DNA of 64,000 nt, taken from assembly GCA_963665125.2 (NCBI GenBank), contig CAXXUK010000002.1, positions 864,001-928,000 on the forward strand. The letters are read 5' to 3'. How positions within the stretch are numbered: the first letter of the stretch is position 1; every line of letters begins with the position of its first letter. A program made the position numbers and the translations under genes. Under the pieces are notes generated by a model. It worked only from the letters and a program-made list of their open reading frames with translations, did no database searches and was not told the DNA's origin. This document shows, one piece after another, positions 41,821 through 51,196 of the stretch. Origin of the DNA: an uncultured Desulfarculus sp. Lineage in GTDB: Bacteria > Desulfobacterota > Desulfarculia > Desulfarculales > Desulfarculaceae.

Positions 41821-42771
41821 TTACTTGATGAATTCCTGTGGATCGTCGGGACGATACACGCTCATCGGCGGCGTGGCCTTGATGTCCATGCCGGGAGTGT
41901 AGTTATACAACGCGCGGACGTCCTTCTCGATCTTGGAGGTCAGCAGGCGCATCTTGATGTCCATGGGACACGCCGATTCGCAGGCGCCGCAGTCGGTGCA
42001 GCGGCCCGCGCAGTGGAAGGCCCGCAGGATGTGGAACGTCTGCACGTCGGCGGTGTCCTGGGTCTTGCCGCACCACTGGGGCTTGGCCTCGTCCACGAAG
42101 CAGACGTGGCAATAGCACAGCGGGCAGGCGTCGCGGCAGGCATAGCAGCGGATGCAGTCGCTGAAGGTGTCGTTGAACTTGGCCCAGCGCTCGCCGGCCT
42201 CAAGCTCTTCCCACGGGGCGGCCATCTTGTCGATGTCGCCGCCGGCCGCGTCGTCGACCTTGTCGCAGACCAGGCCGTCGTCGATGACCGGGTTGCGGTG
42301 CTGGCAGGTGAAGCAGTTGTCCCGCAGCATCTGCTTGCGCTCCAACGTCTCCTCAAAACCCTTGCCCTTGACGATGAGCTTGTCGCCGTCCTCGATGGCC
42401 TCGAAGATGGGCTTAAAGTCCACCGCGGCTTCGACCTTGCGCTTGGATACCATGCCCAGGCAGGGCACGCCGATGACCTTGACGCGGTCGCGGTCCACCT
42501 GGTTTTCCTGGATCAGGCCGACGATGTTGCGGCTGACGCAACCCTGGGCCACCACGCCCACTTTGTCTTCGCGGCGGGGCATCAAGTTAGCCAGGTTGTT
42601 GCAGCAGAAGCCGGTCCATACCAGTTCGTCGGCCTCTTCGGGAGTATGGGCGACAAACGGCTGCTCACGCATGGCCACGGTGCCCTTGCGGTAGCCGATC
42701 ACCACGTCCACCGCGCCGTCGGCCAAAAGCTGCTTGGCCATCTCGCGGATTTTTTCAGTTCGCTGTTGCAT
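41821..42771 (-). CDS. flxC: [4Fe-4S] subunit of the Flx complex
   Basis: CIRCYACRDACPLCYC and HCAGRCTDCGACESACP; position between flxD and flxB. Confidence 0.82.
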   Translation of the reverse strand: MQQRTEKIREMAKQLLADGAVDVVIGYRKGTVAMREQPFVAHTPEEADELVWTGFCCNNLANLMPRREDKVGVVAQGCVSRNIVGLIQENQVDRDRVKVIGVPCLGMVSKRKVEAAVDFKPIFEAIEDGDKLIVKGKGFEETLERKQMLRDNCFTCQHRNPVIDDGLVCDKVDDAAGGDIDKMAAPWEELEAGERWAKFNDTFSDCIRCYACRDACPLCYCHVCFVDEAKPQWCGKTQDTADVQTFHILRAFHCAGRCTDCGACESACPMDIKMRLLTSKIEKDVRALYNYTPGMDIKATPPMSVYRPDDPQEFIK

Positions 42772-43241
42772 TAGGCCACCTCTTGCTCGTCGTCGGGCTC
42801 CGCGGCGCCTTCGGGGCTAATCTGTTTGATCATCTGGTTGGCCGGTCCCAGAGCCTTGACGGCATCGGTGACTGCCATGACCGTCTTCTGGAATTTTTCG
42901 GCCTCGGCGGACGAGATCCACGAAAAATGCAGACGACCAGGCTCAATACCAACATACTCCAGCAGGTTTTTCATGACGGCGAACCGCCGCCGGGCGAACA
43001 TGTTGCCAGCAATATAGTGGCAGTCGCCGGGATGTCAGCCGGAGACCCACACGCCGTCCACGCCCTGGCGGAAGGCCTGCAGGATGAACTTGGGACTCAT
43101 GCGGCCCGTGCATGGGATCCTGATAACCTGAATGCTCGGCGGGTACTGCAGACGGCTGACACCTGCCAGGTCCGCGGCGCCGTAGCTGCACCAGTTGCAC
43201 AGGAACGCAGCGATGCGCGGTTGGAACTGCTGTTCACTCAT
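42771..43241 (-). CDS. flxD: MvhD-like [2Fe-2S] subunit FlxD, predicted selenoprotein with Sec at codon 69
   Basis: FLCNWCSY and PCTGR, then TGA at 43035-43037 in SG-U-HPGDCHY (family motif GCHPGDCHY). The frame continues to 42771 through WISSAE. Confidence 0.9.
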
Positions 43242-43260
43242 TGGTCTTTTCCATCCATAT

Positions 43261-46200
43261 CTATAGTAAAGCCATTATCTGAGCCATAACGTCCTGGTTG
43301 GTGAAACCGCGCAGGTTTGGCGCGCCCGAGCGGCAAGATGCAACGCATGTGCCGCAGCCCTTGCATAGGGCCTCGTTCACCACGGCCAGGCCGTCTTCGT
43401 TTTGGTCGATAGCTTGGTAAGGACATATGGTCCAGCACACGCCGCAGCCCACGCACTTGGACAGCTCTATGTTGGCGACAGTGCCGGAAAGCTTCATCTG
43501 GGTGCTGCTGAGCACCGTGACGGCCCGGGCCACCGAGGCCTGGGCCTGGGCCACGGCCTCTTCAACGGGCTTGGGATAGTGGCAAAGGCCGGCCATGAAC
43601 ACGCCGTCGGTGGCGAAATCCACCGGCCGCAGCTTCTGGTGGGCCTCCAGGAACCAGCCGTCGTCGTCCATGGGCACCTTGAACATCTGGGCTAGATCGT
43701 TTTGCTTATGGCTGACGATGGCCGAAGCCAGGCAGAGAATGTCGGCGTCGATTTCCACCGGAATGCCCAGGATGTGGTCGGTCACGGTTACCTTGAGGCC
43801 GTCGCCCGCCTGCTCCACCACCGGCTTGTTGTCTACGTCGTAGCGCACGAACAACACGCCTTTTTCACGGGCCTCCTTGTAGAGGTATTCCCGTTCACCG
43901 AAGGTGCGCATGTCGCGGTAGATCACGGTGACGTTGCAATCGGGGTTCTTTTCCTTGAACAGCAGGGCGCTTTCCACCGAATGGGTGCAGCAGACCTTGG
44001 AACAGTAGGGACGCTCGGGCTCGCGAGAGCCGACGCAGTTGATGAACACCACGGAGCTGGTGGACGCCGGGTCCACGTCGCCGCTCATGATGGCCGCGTC
44101 CATCTCCAGGTGGGTCATCACCTTGGGGTGCTTGCCGTATTCGTATTCAGTGGGGCGGTATTCGCCCGCGCCGATGGCCAACACCACGATGCCGTGTTCA
44201 ATGGTTTCGTCGGAGTCGGTAAGCGTGGTCTTGAAGTTGCCCACGAAACCGTCGACCTGCTTGATCATCGCGCCCAGGTGCACGTGGACCAGGGGGTTGT
44301 CCTGGACCTTTTGGGCCAGCTTTTGCAGGTGCTGGCCGATGTCCTCGCCCTTGGCCGTGGTCCGCAGCATGCGGGCGTTGCCGCCCAACTGGTTGTCGCG
44401 CTCGACGAGGTGGGTCTCATACCCCTGCTTGGCCAATTCCAGGGCGGCGTTCATGCCCGAGATGCCGCCGCCGACGACCATGGCCTTGGAATTGACGCCA
44501 AGGACGACTTCCTCCAGGGGCTGCAACAGGCTGGCCTTGGCCACGGCCATGCGCACGGCGTCCTTGGCCTTTTGGGTGGCCGCCGCGGGATCGTCGGAGT
44601 GGACCCAGGAGTCCTGGTTGCGGATGTTGGCCATCTCGAACAGGTACTTGTTCAGGCCGGCGGCCTGGAGGGTCTCCTGGAACAAGGGCTCGTGGGTGCG
44701 CGGCGTACACGCGGCGACCACGACCCTGGTCAGGCCCTGCTCCTTGATCACCTCGGCCATGGTGTCCTGGGTGTCCTGGGAACAGGTGAACAGGTTGTTG
44801 CCCACGTAAACCACGCCGGGCAAAGTCTTGGCGTATTCGGCAACGGCCTGCACATCGACCACGCCGGCGATGTTGATGCCGCAGGAGCAGACGAAAACAC
44901 CCACTCTGGGCGGTTCGCCGTTAACGTCGATCTGTTGGGGAATTTCGACTTCCCGGACCAGGGTGCCCCTGGCCGAGGAGAGGTTGCCCGCGGCCGCGCA
45001 GGCCGCCGCCGAGGCCTCCATCACCGAGGTGGGGATGTCCTTGGGACCGGCCAGGGCGCCGCAGACATAGATGCCGGGCACGCTGCTTGCCACCGGGCTG
45101 AAGTCGCTGGTGCTGACAAAGTTGCCGGCAGTCAGCTCCATGCCCAGGTCATGGCAAAGATCGACGACCTCGGGGGCGGTTTCCAGACCGTGGCTGAGCA
45201 CGACCATGTCGTACTCTTCCCTGAGGATGTGGCCGTCTTCGGTGACGTACTCAATGGCCAGGGACTTGTCGGGCAGTTCGCTGATGGAGTGAACGCGGCT
45301 GCGGATGAAGCGGATGCCCATGCCCTTGGCGTTTTCCAGATAGCGCTCGAAGTCCTTGCCCGTGGTGCGCATGTCCATATAGAAGATGTCGCAGTCCAGG
45401 TCGTCGTGACTGTGCTCCTTGGAGATGATCGCCGCCTTGATGGCGTACATGCAGCACACTGAAGAACAATATGCATGGTCGCAGGTGTTGACGTCGCGGC
45501 TGCCCACGCATTGCAGCCAGGCCACCCGCTTGGGTTCGCGTTCGTCGCTGGGCCGCACCAAATGGCCCATCCAGGGGCCGCTGGCTGCCAGGATGCGTTC
45601 GTACTCCAGGGCGGTGACCACGTTGTCAAAGCTGCTGTAGCAGTACTGGATGTACGGCGAGGGATCAAAGGGCTTGAAGCCAGCGGCGATGATCACCGAC
45701 CCGACCTTGACCTCCTGGATCTGTTCCTTTTGCTCGAAATCAACCGCGCCGGCCGGACAGAATTTCTGGCAGGCTTTGCATTTTCCCTTTTGCAGGAAAA
45801 GGCAGTTGTCTTCGTCAATGGCGTACTTCAGGGGGACGGCCTGGGCATATTGCACATGGGCGGCCTTGCGCTTGTTCAGGCCCATGTTGTACTCGTTATC
45901 CACCTTTTTGGGACATTTGTCCGAGCAGGCGCCGCAGGCGATGCACTTGTTGATGTCGATGTATCTGGGGTGAGAGGCGACGCTTACGGTGAAATCTCCG
46001 CTAACGCCGGATATTTTTTGAACTTCGGAAAGGGTAAGAAGCTCAATGTTGATGTGCCGGCCGACCTCGACCAGTTTGGGTGAGATGATTCACATTGCGC
46101 AGTCGTTGGTCGGGAAGGTCTTGTCCAACTGGGACATGACTCCGCCGATCGCCGATGATTTTTCAACCAAGTAAACATAATAACCGCTGTTGGCAAGATC

Positions 46201-46275
46201 CAACGCGGACTGCATGCCGGCAATTCCTCCGCCGACAACCATCACCGCACCGGTGACTCTATTTGCTCCCGCCAT
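43261..46275 (-). CDS. hdrA: Large heterodisulfide reductase subunit A-like flavoprotein (~1004 aa), predicted selenoprotein with Sec at codon 62
   Basis: [26 protein letters not shown] with TGA at 46090-46092, in frame with ORF 43261-45903. Two CVGSR/CSxxCC modules, a second GGGISG and ferredoxin motifs. Confidence 0.93.
46057..46074 (-). promoter_or_regulatory. Putative SECIS element of hdrA
   Basis: CUGGUCG-AGGU-CGGCCGG hairpin with the loop 22 nt after the UGA. Confidence 0.7.
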
Positions 46276-46350
46276 ACTTAAAACCTCGCATTTCAAGGCC
46301 TTTTAAAAGATTTCCGCTTCAATTAGAGGTTGAACTTGACAGAGGGTGGC

Positions 46351-46406
46351 TTGTATACCTCTTCACAAGTTCATCATTTTTAAACCACTGCAATATGTAT
46401 GTCAAG
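46351..46406 (-). promoter_or_regulatory. hdrA-flx promoter with a Rex-like operator
   Basis: TTGACA-17 nt-TAAAAA, followed by TTGTGAA-GAGG-TATACAA (46368-46351). Confidence 0.6.
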
Positions 46407-46447
46407 ACCACCATTGTATACCAGCATTTAACTATGAATGCCAGAAA

Positions 46448-46993
46448 TCAGGGGGTCTTGAGGCGAATCACCTTGTCTTTCTGGGGGTTATCGCCACTCA
46501 ATAAAACATCGATAGTTTCACCCACGGTGCATTGAATTTTTGCGCCGATATAGTCCGGTTGGATCGGCAATTCCCTGCCGCCGCGGTCTATCAGCGCCGC
46601 CAGCATGACCCTGCGCGGCCTGCCGAAATCCATCAATTCATCCAGAGCCGCGCGCACCGTGCGCCCGGTGAAAAGCACGTCGTCCACCAGGATTATGTGG
46701 CGGTTATCCACGGCAAAGGGTATCTCGGTGCGCATTATTACTGGGCGCTGGGTCCGCATGGTCCAGTCGTCGCGGTATAGTGTGATGTCGATGGCCCCCA
46801 ACAGCGGCGTTTTGCCGGTGTTGCGGGCCAGCGTTTGGGTCAGACGCGTGGCGATTTCCTCGCCCCCCCGGCGGATGGCCACCAGGCATATCTCTTCGGC
46901 AGGGCCGTCAGCCTGGATGGACTTGGCCATTTGTTCAAGCATTTGCCCGATATTGGCCGCGTCATATATGGTTTGGGGGGGGCTGGGGCTCAT
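46448..46993 (-). CDS. pyrR: Bifunctional pyr attenuation protein/uracil phosphoribosyltransferase
   Basis: IDITLYRDD, LVDDVLFTGRTVRAALD and DRGGRELPIQPDYIG. Confidence 0.93.
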   Translation of the reverse strand: MSPSPPQTIYDAANIGQMLEQMAKSIQADGPAEEICLVAIRRGGEEIATRLTQTLARNTGKTPLLGAIDITLYRDDWTMRTQRPVIMRTEIPFAVDNRHIILVDDVLFTGRTVRAALDELMDFGRPRRVMLAALIDRGGRELPIQPDYIGAKIQCTVGETIDVLLSGDNPQKDKVIRLKTP

Positions 46994-47145
46994 CGCCGCT
47001 CCGATCATCAGCAGAACCGATCAATACCCAAGGCATTCTAGCAAAATGTTTGATCGAACGCCACGAAATGAATCATTATTCATTTGTCTTTTTTTAGACA
47101 GGCCCTTGACCGGCGGCTGCGAGCGCACTATAAATGTAGCGCTAA

Positions 47146-47233
47146 GCCGGAGTGGCGGAATTGGTAGACGCAGGGGACTCAAAATCCCCCGCTCCTTGAG
47201 GGCTTGTGGGTTCGAGTCCCACCTCCGGTACCA
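47146..47233 (+). tRNA. tRNA-Leu (CAA)
   Basis: GCCGGAGTGGCGGAATTGGTAGACGCAGGGGACTCAAAATCCCC...GGTTCGAGTCCCACCTCCGGTACCA with a long variable arm. Upstream TTGACC-17 nt-TATAAA promoter. Confidence 0.96.
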
Positions 47234-47345
47234 AATAAAAACAAGCAATTAGCTGGATGGCTGTACCTTTGTGTACGGCCAGTGTTTTTGGGGGGAGGCG
47301 GGGGGGAGCGAATGGGGTTATTTCAAACGTCCGCCTCTGGTCAAA

Positions 47346-47523
47346 TTATTCGCCAAGATAATCATGGTTGTCATGATCCGAGCCGTCCGTTAGCAGCTTA
47401 ATTATGTATTCGTTCAGGCTGAGTCCCAGCGCGGCGTGCTTGGTTTTTCAGATGCATGTGGACAGCCAGAGGCACCTTGCGCACAATGATGTCCTGATAT
47501 GTCGATTCGTGGATGCTGACCAT
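47346..47523 (-). pseudogene. Frameshifted ribbon-helix-helix (Arc/FitA-like) DNA-binding protein
   Basis: AGAGGTGA RBS. MVSIHESTYQDIIVRKVPLAVHMHLKNQARRAG continues as LSLNEYIIKLL..GE-stop if one G is removed from the run at 47425-47427. Confidence 0.65.
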
Positions 47524-47586
47524 CTCATCACCTCTTCAACCATAAACCCACCTGCCCTAATGACAGCCCTATTGCCTTGGTGATAG

Positions 47587-47721
47587 TGACATAAAAGTGG
47601 CACATATAATGTGACGATCCAGCGAACAGAGCTATTACTTTGGCCATATATTGGCAGAGACAGACTGTATTTCGCATCCAGGACAGTCGGATAGTGTCAC
47701 ATCATGTGCCAATTTTTGTCA
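47587..47721. repeat. Imperfect inverted repeat with ~26-29 bp arms
   Basis: TGACATAAAAGTGGCACATATAATGTGAC versus the reverse complement TGACAAAAATTGGCACATGATGTGAC. Confidence 0.7.
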
Positions 47722-47894
47722 TAACGCGATGATTATGCATTTATTGCAGGTAAGGATAGGAAGCTAGGCTAGCCTGAGGGTTACTTGTAGCCGAAGAGTT
47801 TCCTTCGGGGCGTGTGCCTTGAACATTCGTAGAGCAATTGTAAGCTTGTCTAATTAAGCACCTGTAACACGAATGTTTTTCATGTGCTGCACAA

Positions 47895-48665
47895 TCAAAC
47901 AAAAAACGCTCTTAGCTGCGCCGCAGCCAATTCGCGGAGAAATGCATGGTCTGGGCTAGTGAAAAGATCTTTTGAGGGACCATGGGCAACCACCGTGCCA
48001 TCGACCATGATTACCGTAGTCGGGCACAGTTTTTCAAGCACGCTTAGGTCATGGCTAATCACCAGCAAGGCGATGCCCCTCTCGCGGCGCAGGCTGTCCA
48101 GCAGACCGCAGATCTGTTTTTTACCCACCGGATCCAGACTGGCCATGGCCTCATCGCAAATAAGCAGCCTTGGCTCCAAGGCCAAGGCCCTGGCGATAGC
48201 CGCCCGCTGACATTGCCCTCCACTCAGTTCGCCGGGTCTGTGACCACCCAATTCGGCATCCAACCCCACATCAGCCAGCAGGCGCAAAGCCCGGTCGCCT
48301 GCCTGCCGCGGCGGGCATATATTGAACGCCACTAGTGGTTCGGCTACTTGTTCTGACACGCTCATGAAAGGGTTAAGCATGGTGCGGGGGTCTTGCCAGA
48401 TGATCTGTATCTCACGCAACAGCTGCCGCCGGGCAGTCTTGCCCAATCGGGCGGTGTTCCGGCCATTGATGACGATGCGCCCTGCCTCAGGCCGTTCCAG
48501 GCCCAGCAGCAGGTTGGCCAAAGTGGATTTGCCCACCCCACTGGGACCGGTGAGCCCCATGGCTTGCCCCGGTGCTATCTCCAAATCCACGCCGCGCAGT
48601 ACCTTTGGGCCATCTTTGCCATAGGCCTTGCGCACCCCCTCAAGCCGGACCAGCGACTCAGCCAA
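47895..48665 (-). CDS. Nik/Opp-type ABC transporter ATP-binding protein
   Basis: GPSGVGKST, ELSGGQCQR and LICDE. Confidence 0.9.
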   Translation of the reverse strand: MAESLVRLEGVRKAYGKDGPKVLRGVDLEIAPGQAMGLTGPSGVGKSTLANLLLGLERPEAGRIVINGRNTARLGKTARRQLLREIQIIWQDPRTMLNPFMSVSEQVAEPLVAFNICPPRQAGDRALRLLADVGLDAELGGHRPGELSGGQCQRAAIARALALEPRLLICDEAMASLDPVGKKQICGLLDSLRRERGIALLVISHDLSVLEKLCPTTVIMVDGTVVAHGPSKDLFTSPDHAFLRELAAAQLRAFFV

Positions 48666-49410
48666 TTGCCGCCTCCAACAATCGCCGGGTCACCCGATGG
48701 GCAGGCCGCAGGAAAACTTCTCGGCTGGGGCCGTGCTCCACTACCCGTCCGGCATCCAGCACGGCGATTCTTTGAGCCAGCGCGGCCACTACCTTAAAAT
48801 CATGGCCGATGAAAATCATCGACCCACCTGTGCGCCGGGGCAGTTCGGCCAGTTCTTTGAGAATAGCCGCCTGGGTGATGGCGTCGAGGCCGGTGGTCGG
48901 TTCGTCGGCGATGAGTAGGCGCGGCCGCAGGGCCAAGGCCATGGCGATCTGCACCCGCTGGCGCATGCCGCCACTGAGCTGGCTGGGATAGGCGCGCAGA
49001 ACTTGCGTTTTCAGGCCGACGCCGGCCAGAAGTTCCGCCGCTTTGGCTCGGCGCTCACTGTGGTTTTTCGAATCGATTAGCTCACCGAGTTGCCCCTGGA
49101 TGCGCATGGTCGGATCCAAAGCCGCGGCAGCGCTCTGCATGATCATGAACACGCCTTGGCCCCTCGCCTTGGCCATGCCACGGTCGTCAGCCAAATTGAA
49201 GGATTGAGCGCCCAGCCGCAGCGTGCCCGACACGGTTTTGGCCGGTGGCGGGGTCAACCCGGCCAAGGCCGAGGCGACCAGTGTCTTGCCCGCGCCGGAA
49301 GAGCCCACCAGGCCCAGGATCATGCCGTCGTCAACCCCAAGGCTCACGCCCCTGATCAGCATGCCTACCGGTCCGGCCACGCCAAGGTTATGCACCGCCG
49401 CGCCGTTCAT
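48658..49410 (-). CDS. Nik/Opp-type ABC transporter ATP-binding protein
   Basis: GSSGAGKT, YPSQLSGGMRQR and ADEPTTGLD. Confidence 0.9.
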   Translation of the reverse strand: MNGAAVHNLGVAGPVGMLIRGVSLGVDDGMILGLVGSSGAGKTLVASALAGLTPPPAKTVSGTLRLGAQSFNLADDRGMAKARGQGVFMIMQSAAAALDPTMRIQGQLGELIDSKNHSERRAKAAELLAGVGLKTQVLRAYPSQLSGGMRQRVQIAMALALRPRLLIADEPTTGLDAITQAAILKELAELPRRTGGSMIFIGHDFKVVAALAQRIAVLDAGRVVEHGPSREVFLRPAHRVTRRLLEAAIG

Positions 49411-50234
49411 GGCTGCACCTCGGCATCCTGGGTTAAATCCATGGCGTCGCGCAGGCCCTCGGCCAACATGTTGCAGGCCAGCACGGTGAGGCTCACGGCC
49501 AAGCCGGGGGCCAGCATAAGCCACGGCGCCCTGGTCATGTAGAGCCGCGATTCTTGGAGCATGGCCCCCCACTCCGGCGTTGGCGGCTGGGCTCCCAGGC
49601 CCAGATAACTCAGGCCCGAAATGGCGATGATCATCCAACCCGTCTTCAGAGAGGCGGCCACCAGCACCGGCGGTGTAAGCTGGGGCAGGATGTAGCGCCG
49701 CAACAGGGCCGGGCCGCGCACGCCCACCACCCGTCCGGCCCGGACAAAGCCCCGGCTGCGGGCCGAGGCCGTCAGTCCCCGCACAAAGCGGGCCCACCAG
49801 GCCCAGCCCGCAGCCGCAGCGCCCAGGCAAACGCTCCATAACGACGGGCCCATGACGCCGGTTATGACCAGGGCCAGGATCAGCCCCGGAAAGGCCAGGG
49901 CCATGTCCACCAACCGCATGGTCAAGGACTCGGTGCGCGGTCCGGACATGCCCGCCAGCAGCCCCAGGCAGGCACCGGCCACCAGGGCCAGGGCCGAGGC
50001 GGCCATGGCCGCGCCCAGGGAATAGCGTGCGCCGACCAATAGGCGCGAGGCCTGGCAGCGGCCCAGCCGGTCGGTGCCCAGGGGATACTCCAGGCTTGGG
50101 GCTTCCAGGCGGTGGCTCAAATTCGTCCGCAAGGGGTCATGGGGCGAGATCAACGGCCCCAGCATGGCCAATAGCGCCATCAGCGCCAGCATGGCGGCCC
50201 CGGTCTTGGCCGATTTGCCCATGCCCCGACTCAT
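49407..50234 (-). CDS. Nik/Opp-type ABC permease (NikC/OppC-like)
   Basis: LGTDRLGR and LSYLGLGAQPPTPEWG. Confidence 0.92.
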   Translation of the reverse strand: MSRGMGKSAKTGAAMLALMALLAMLGPLISPHDPLRTNLSHRLEAPSLEYPLGTDRLGRCQASRLLVGARYSLGAAMAASALALVAGACLGLLAGMSGPRTESLTMRLVDMALAFPGLILALVITGVMGPSLWSVCLGAAAAGWAWWARFVRGLTASARSRGFVRAGRVVGVRGPALLRRYILPQLTPPVLVAASLKTGWMIIAISGLSYLGLGAQPPTPEWGAMLQESRLYMTRAPWLMLAPGLAVSLTVLACNMLAEGLRDAMDLTQDAEVQP

Positions 50235-51196
50235 GATTCAAGGCTCCGCCGGGCGTCTTCCCGGGCAATGCGCGGGTCCAAACGCCTTTGCAGCAGATCC
50301 ACCAGCAGGTTGGCGGTAATGAAGATCAGGGCCATCAGCAGGACCACGGCCTGCAACACAGGCACGTTGCGCTGCTGGATGGACTGGGCGGCCAGCTGGC
50401 CCAGGCCGGGCCAGGCGAAGACCGTCTCGACGATCACCGAACCGCCCAGCATGTGACCCAGAGTCAGGCCCCACATGGTGATCACCGGCAGCATGGCGTT
50501 TTTCAGGACATGCCGCCGCATGATTCGCCAGGGCCCCAGGCCCTTGCCCCTGGCGAACCTGATGAAGTCCCGTCCCTGGATGTCGATGATCGACGAGCGC
50601 AGCACCCGGCCCTGCATGGCGGCAACGCCCAGGCCCATGGTGATTGCCGGAAGCACCAGATGCTCTGGGCCGCCCATGCCCATCACCGGCAAAATCCGCA
50701 GATGCAGGGCGAAGACCCACAACAACAACAGGCCCAGCCAATAGTTGGGCAGAGACATGCTCAGGATGGTCCCGGCCCGGATCAACCGGTCGGGAAAGCG
50801 CTCCCGGAAGGCCGCGCCGATGACCCCCGCCGCCAGGGAGGCAAAAAATAAAAAGACAAATGAAGCCGCGGCCAACTGCATGGTGGCCCAAAAACGGGGA
50901 GTGATTTCATCGATCACCGGCTGGCCGGTGGTGTAGGAAGTGCCCAGGTCAAGGCTAAGGGTGCGGCCGAGCCAACTCAGATATTGCATCCACAGGGGGT
51001 CGTCGAGCCCCATCTGGTGGCGCAGGGCGGCCACCTGAGCCGGGTCCGGGGCCTGGTGGCGCTGTTGCAGCAGCATCTCGGCCGGATCTCCGGGGGCCAT
51101 CCAGCTCAGGCAAAAGGTGATTATCGAAACGCCAAGCAGGCTGAAGGCGTAGCCCAACAGGCGGCCGGCCAGCCCGCTCCCGGTTATGCCGGGCAT
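50231..51196 (-). CDS. Nik/Opp-type ABC permease (NikB/OppB-like)
   Basis: PGDPA, GLDDPL..QY, DLGTSY and VETVFAWPGLG. Confidence 0.92.
   Translation of the reverse strand: MPGITGSGLAGRLLGYAFSLLGVSIITFCLSWMAPGDPAEMLLQQRHQAPDPAQVAALRHQMGLDDPLWMQYLSWLGRTLSLDLGTSYTTGQPVIDEITPRFWATMQLAAASFVFLFFASLAAGVIGAAFRERFPDRLIRAGTILSMSLPNYWLGLLLLWVFALHLRILPVMGMGGPEHLVLPAITMGLGVAAMQGRVLRSSIIDIQGRDFIRFARGKGLGPWRIMRRHVLKNAMLPVITMWGLTLGHMLGGSVIVETVFAWPGLGQLAAQSIQQRNVPVLQAVVLLMALIFITANLLVDLLQRRLDPRIAREDARRSLES

Noticed and set aside
37866..46296. hdrA, flxD and the CCG gene as nonsense pseudogenes
   Set aside because: All three stops are TGA at conserved Cys positions with downstream hairpins and no other lesions. 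Selenocysteine is the more parsimonious reading.
47597..47615. Sigma54 promoter at TGGCAC
   Set aside because: The -12 TTGC element is missing at the required spacing in both copies.
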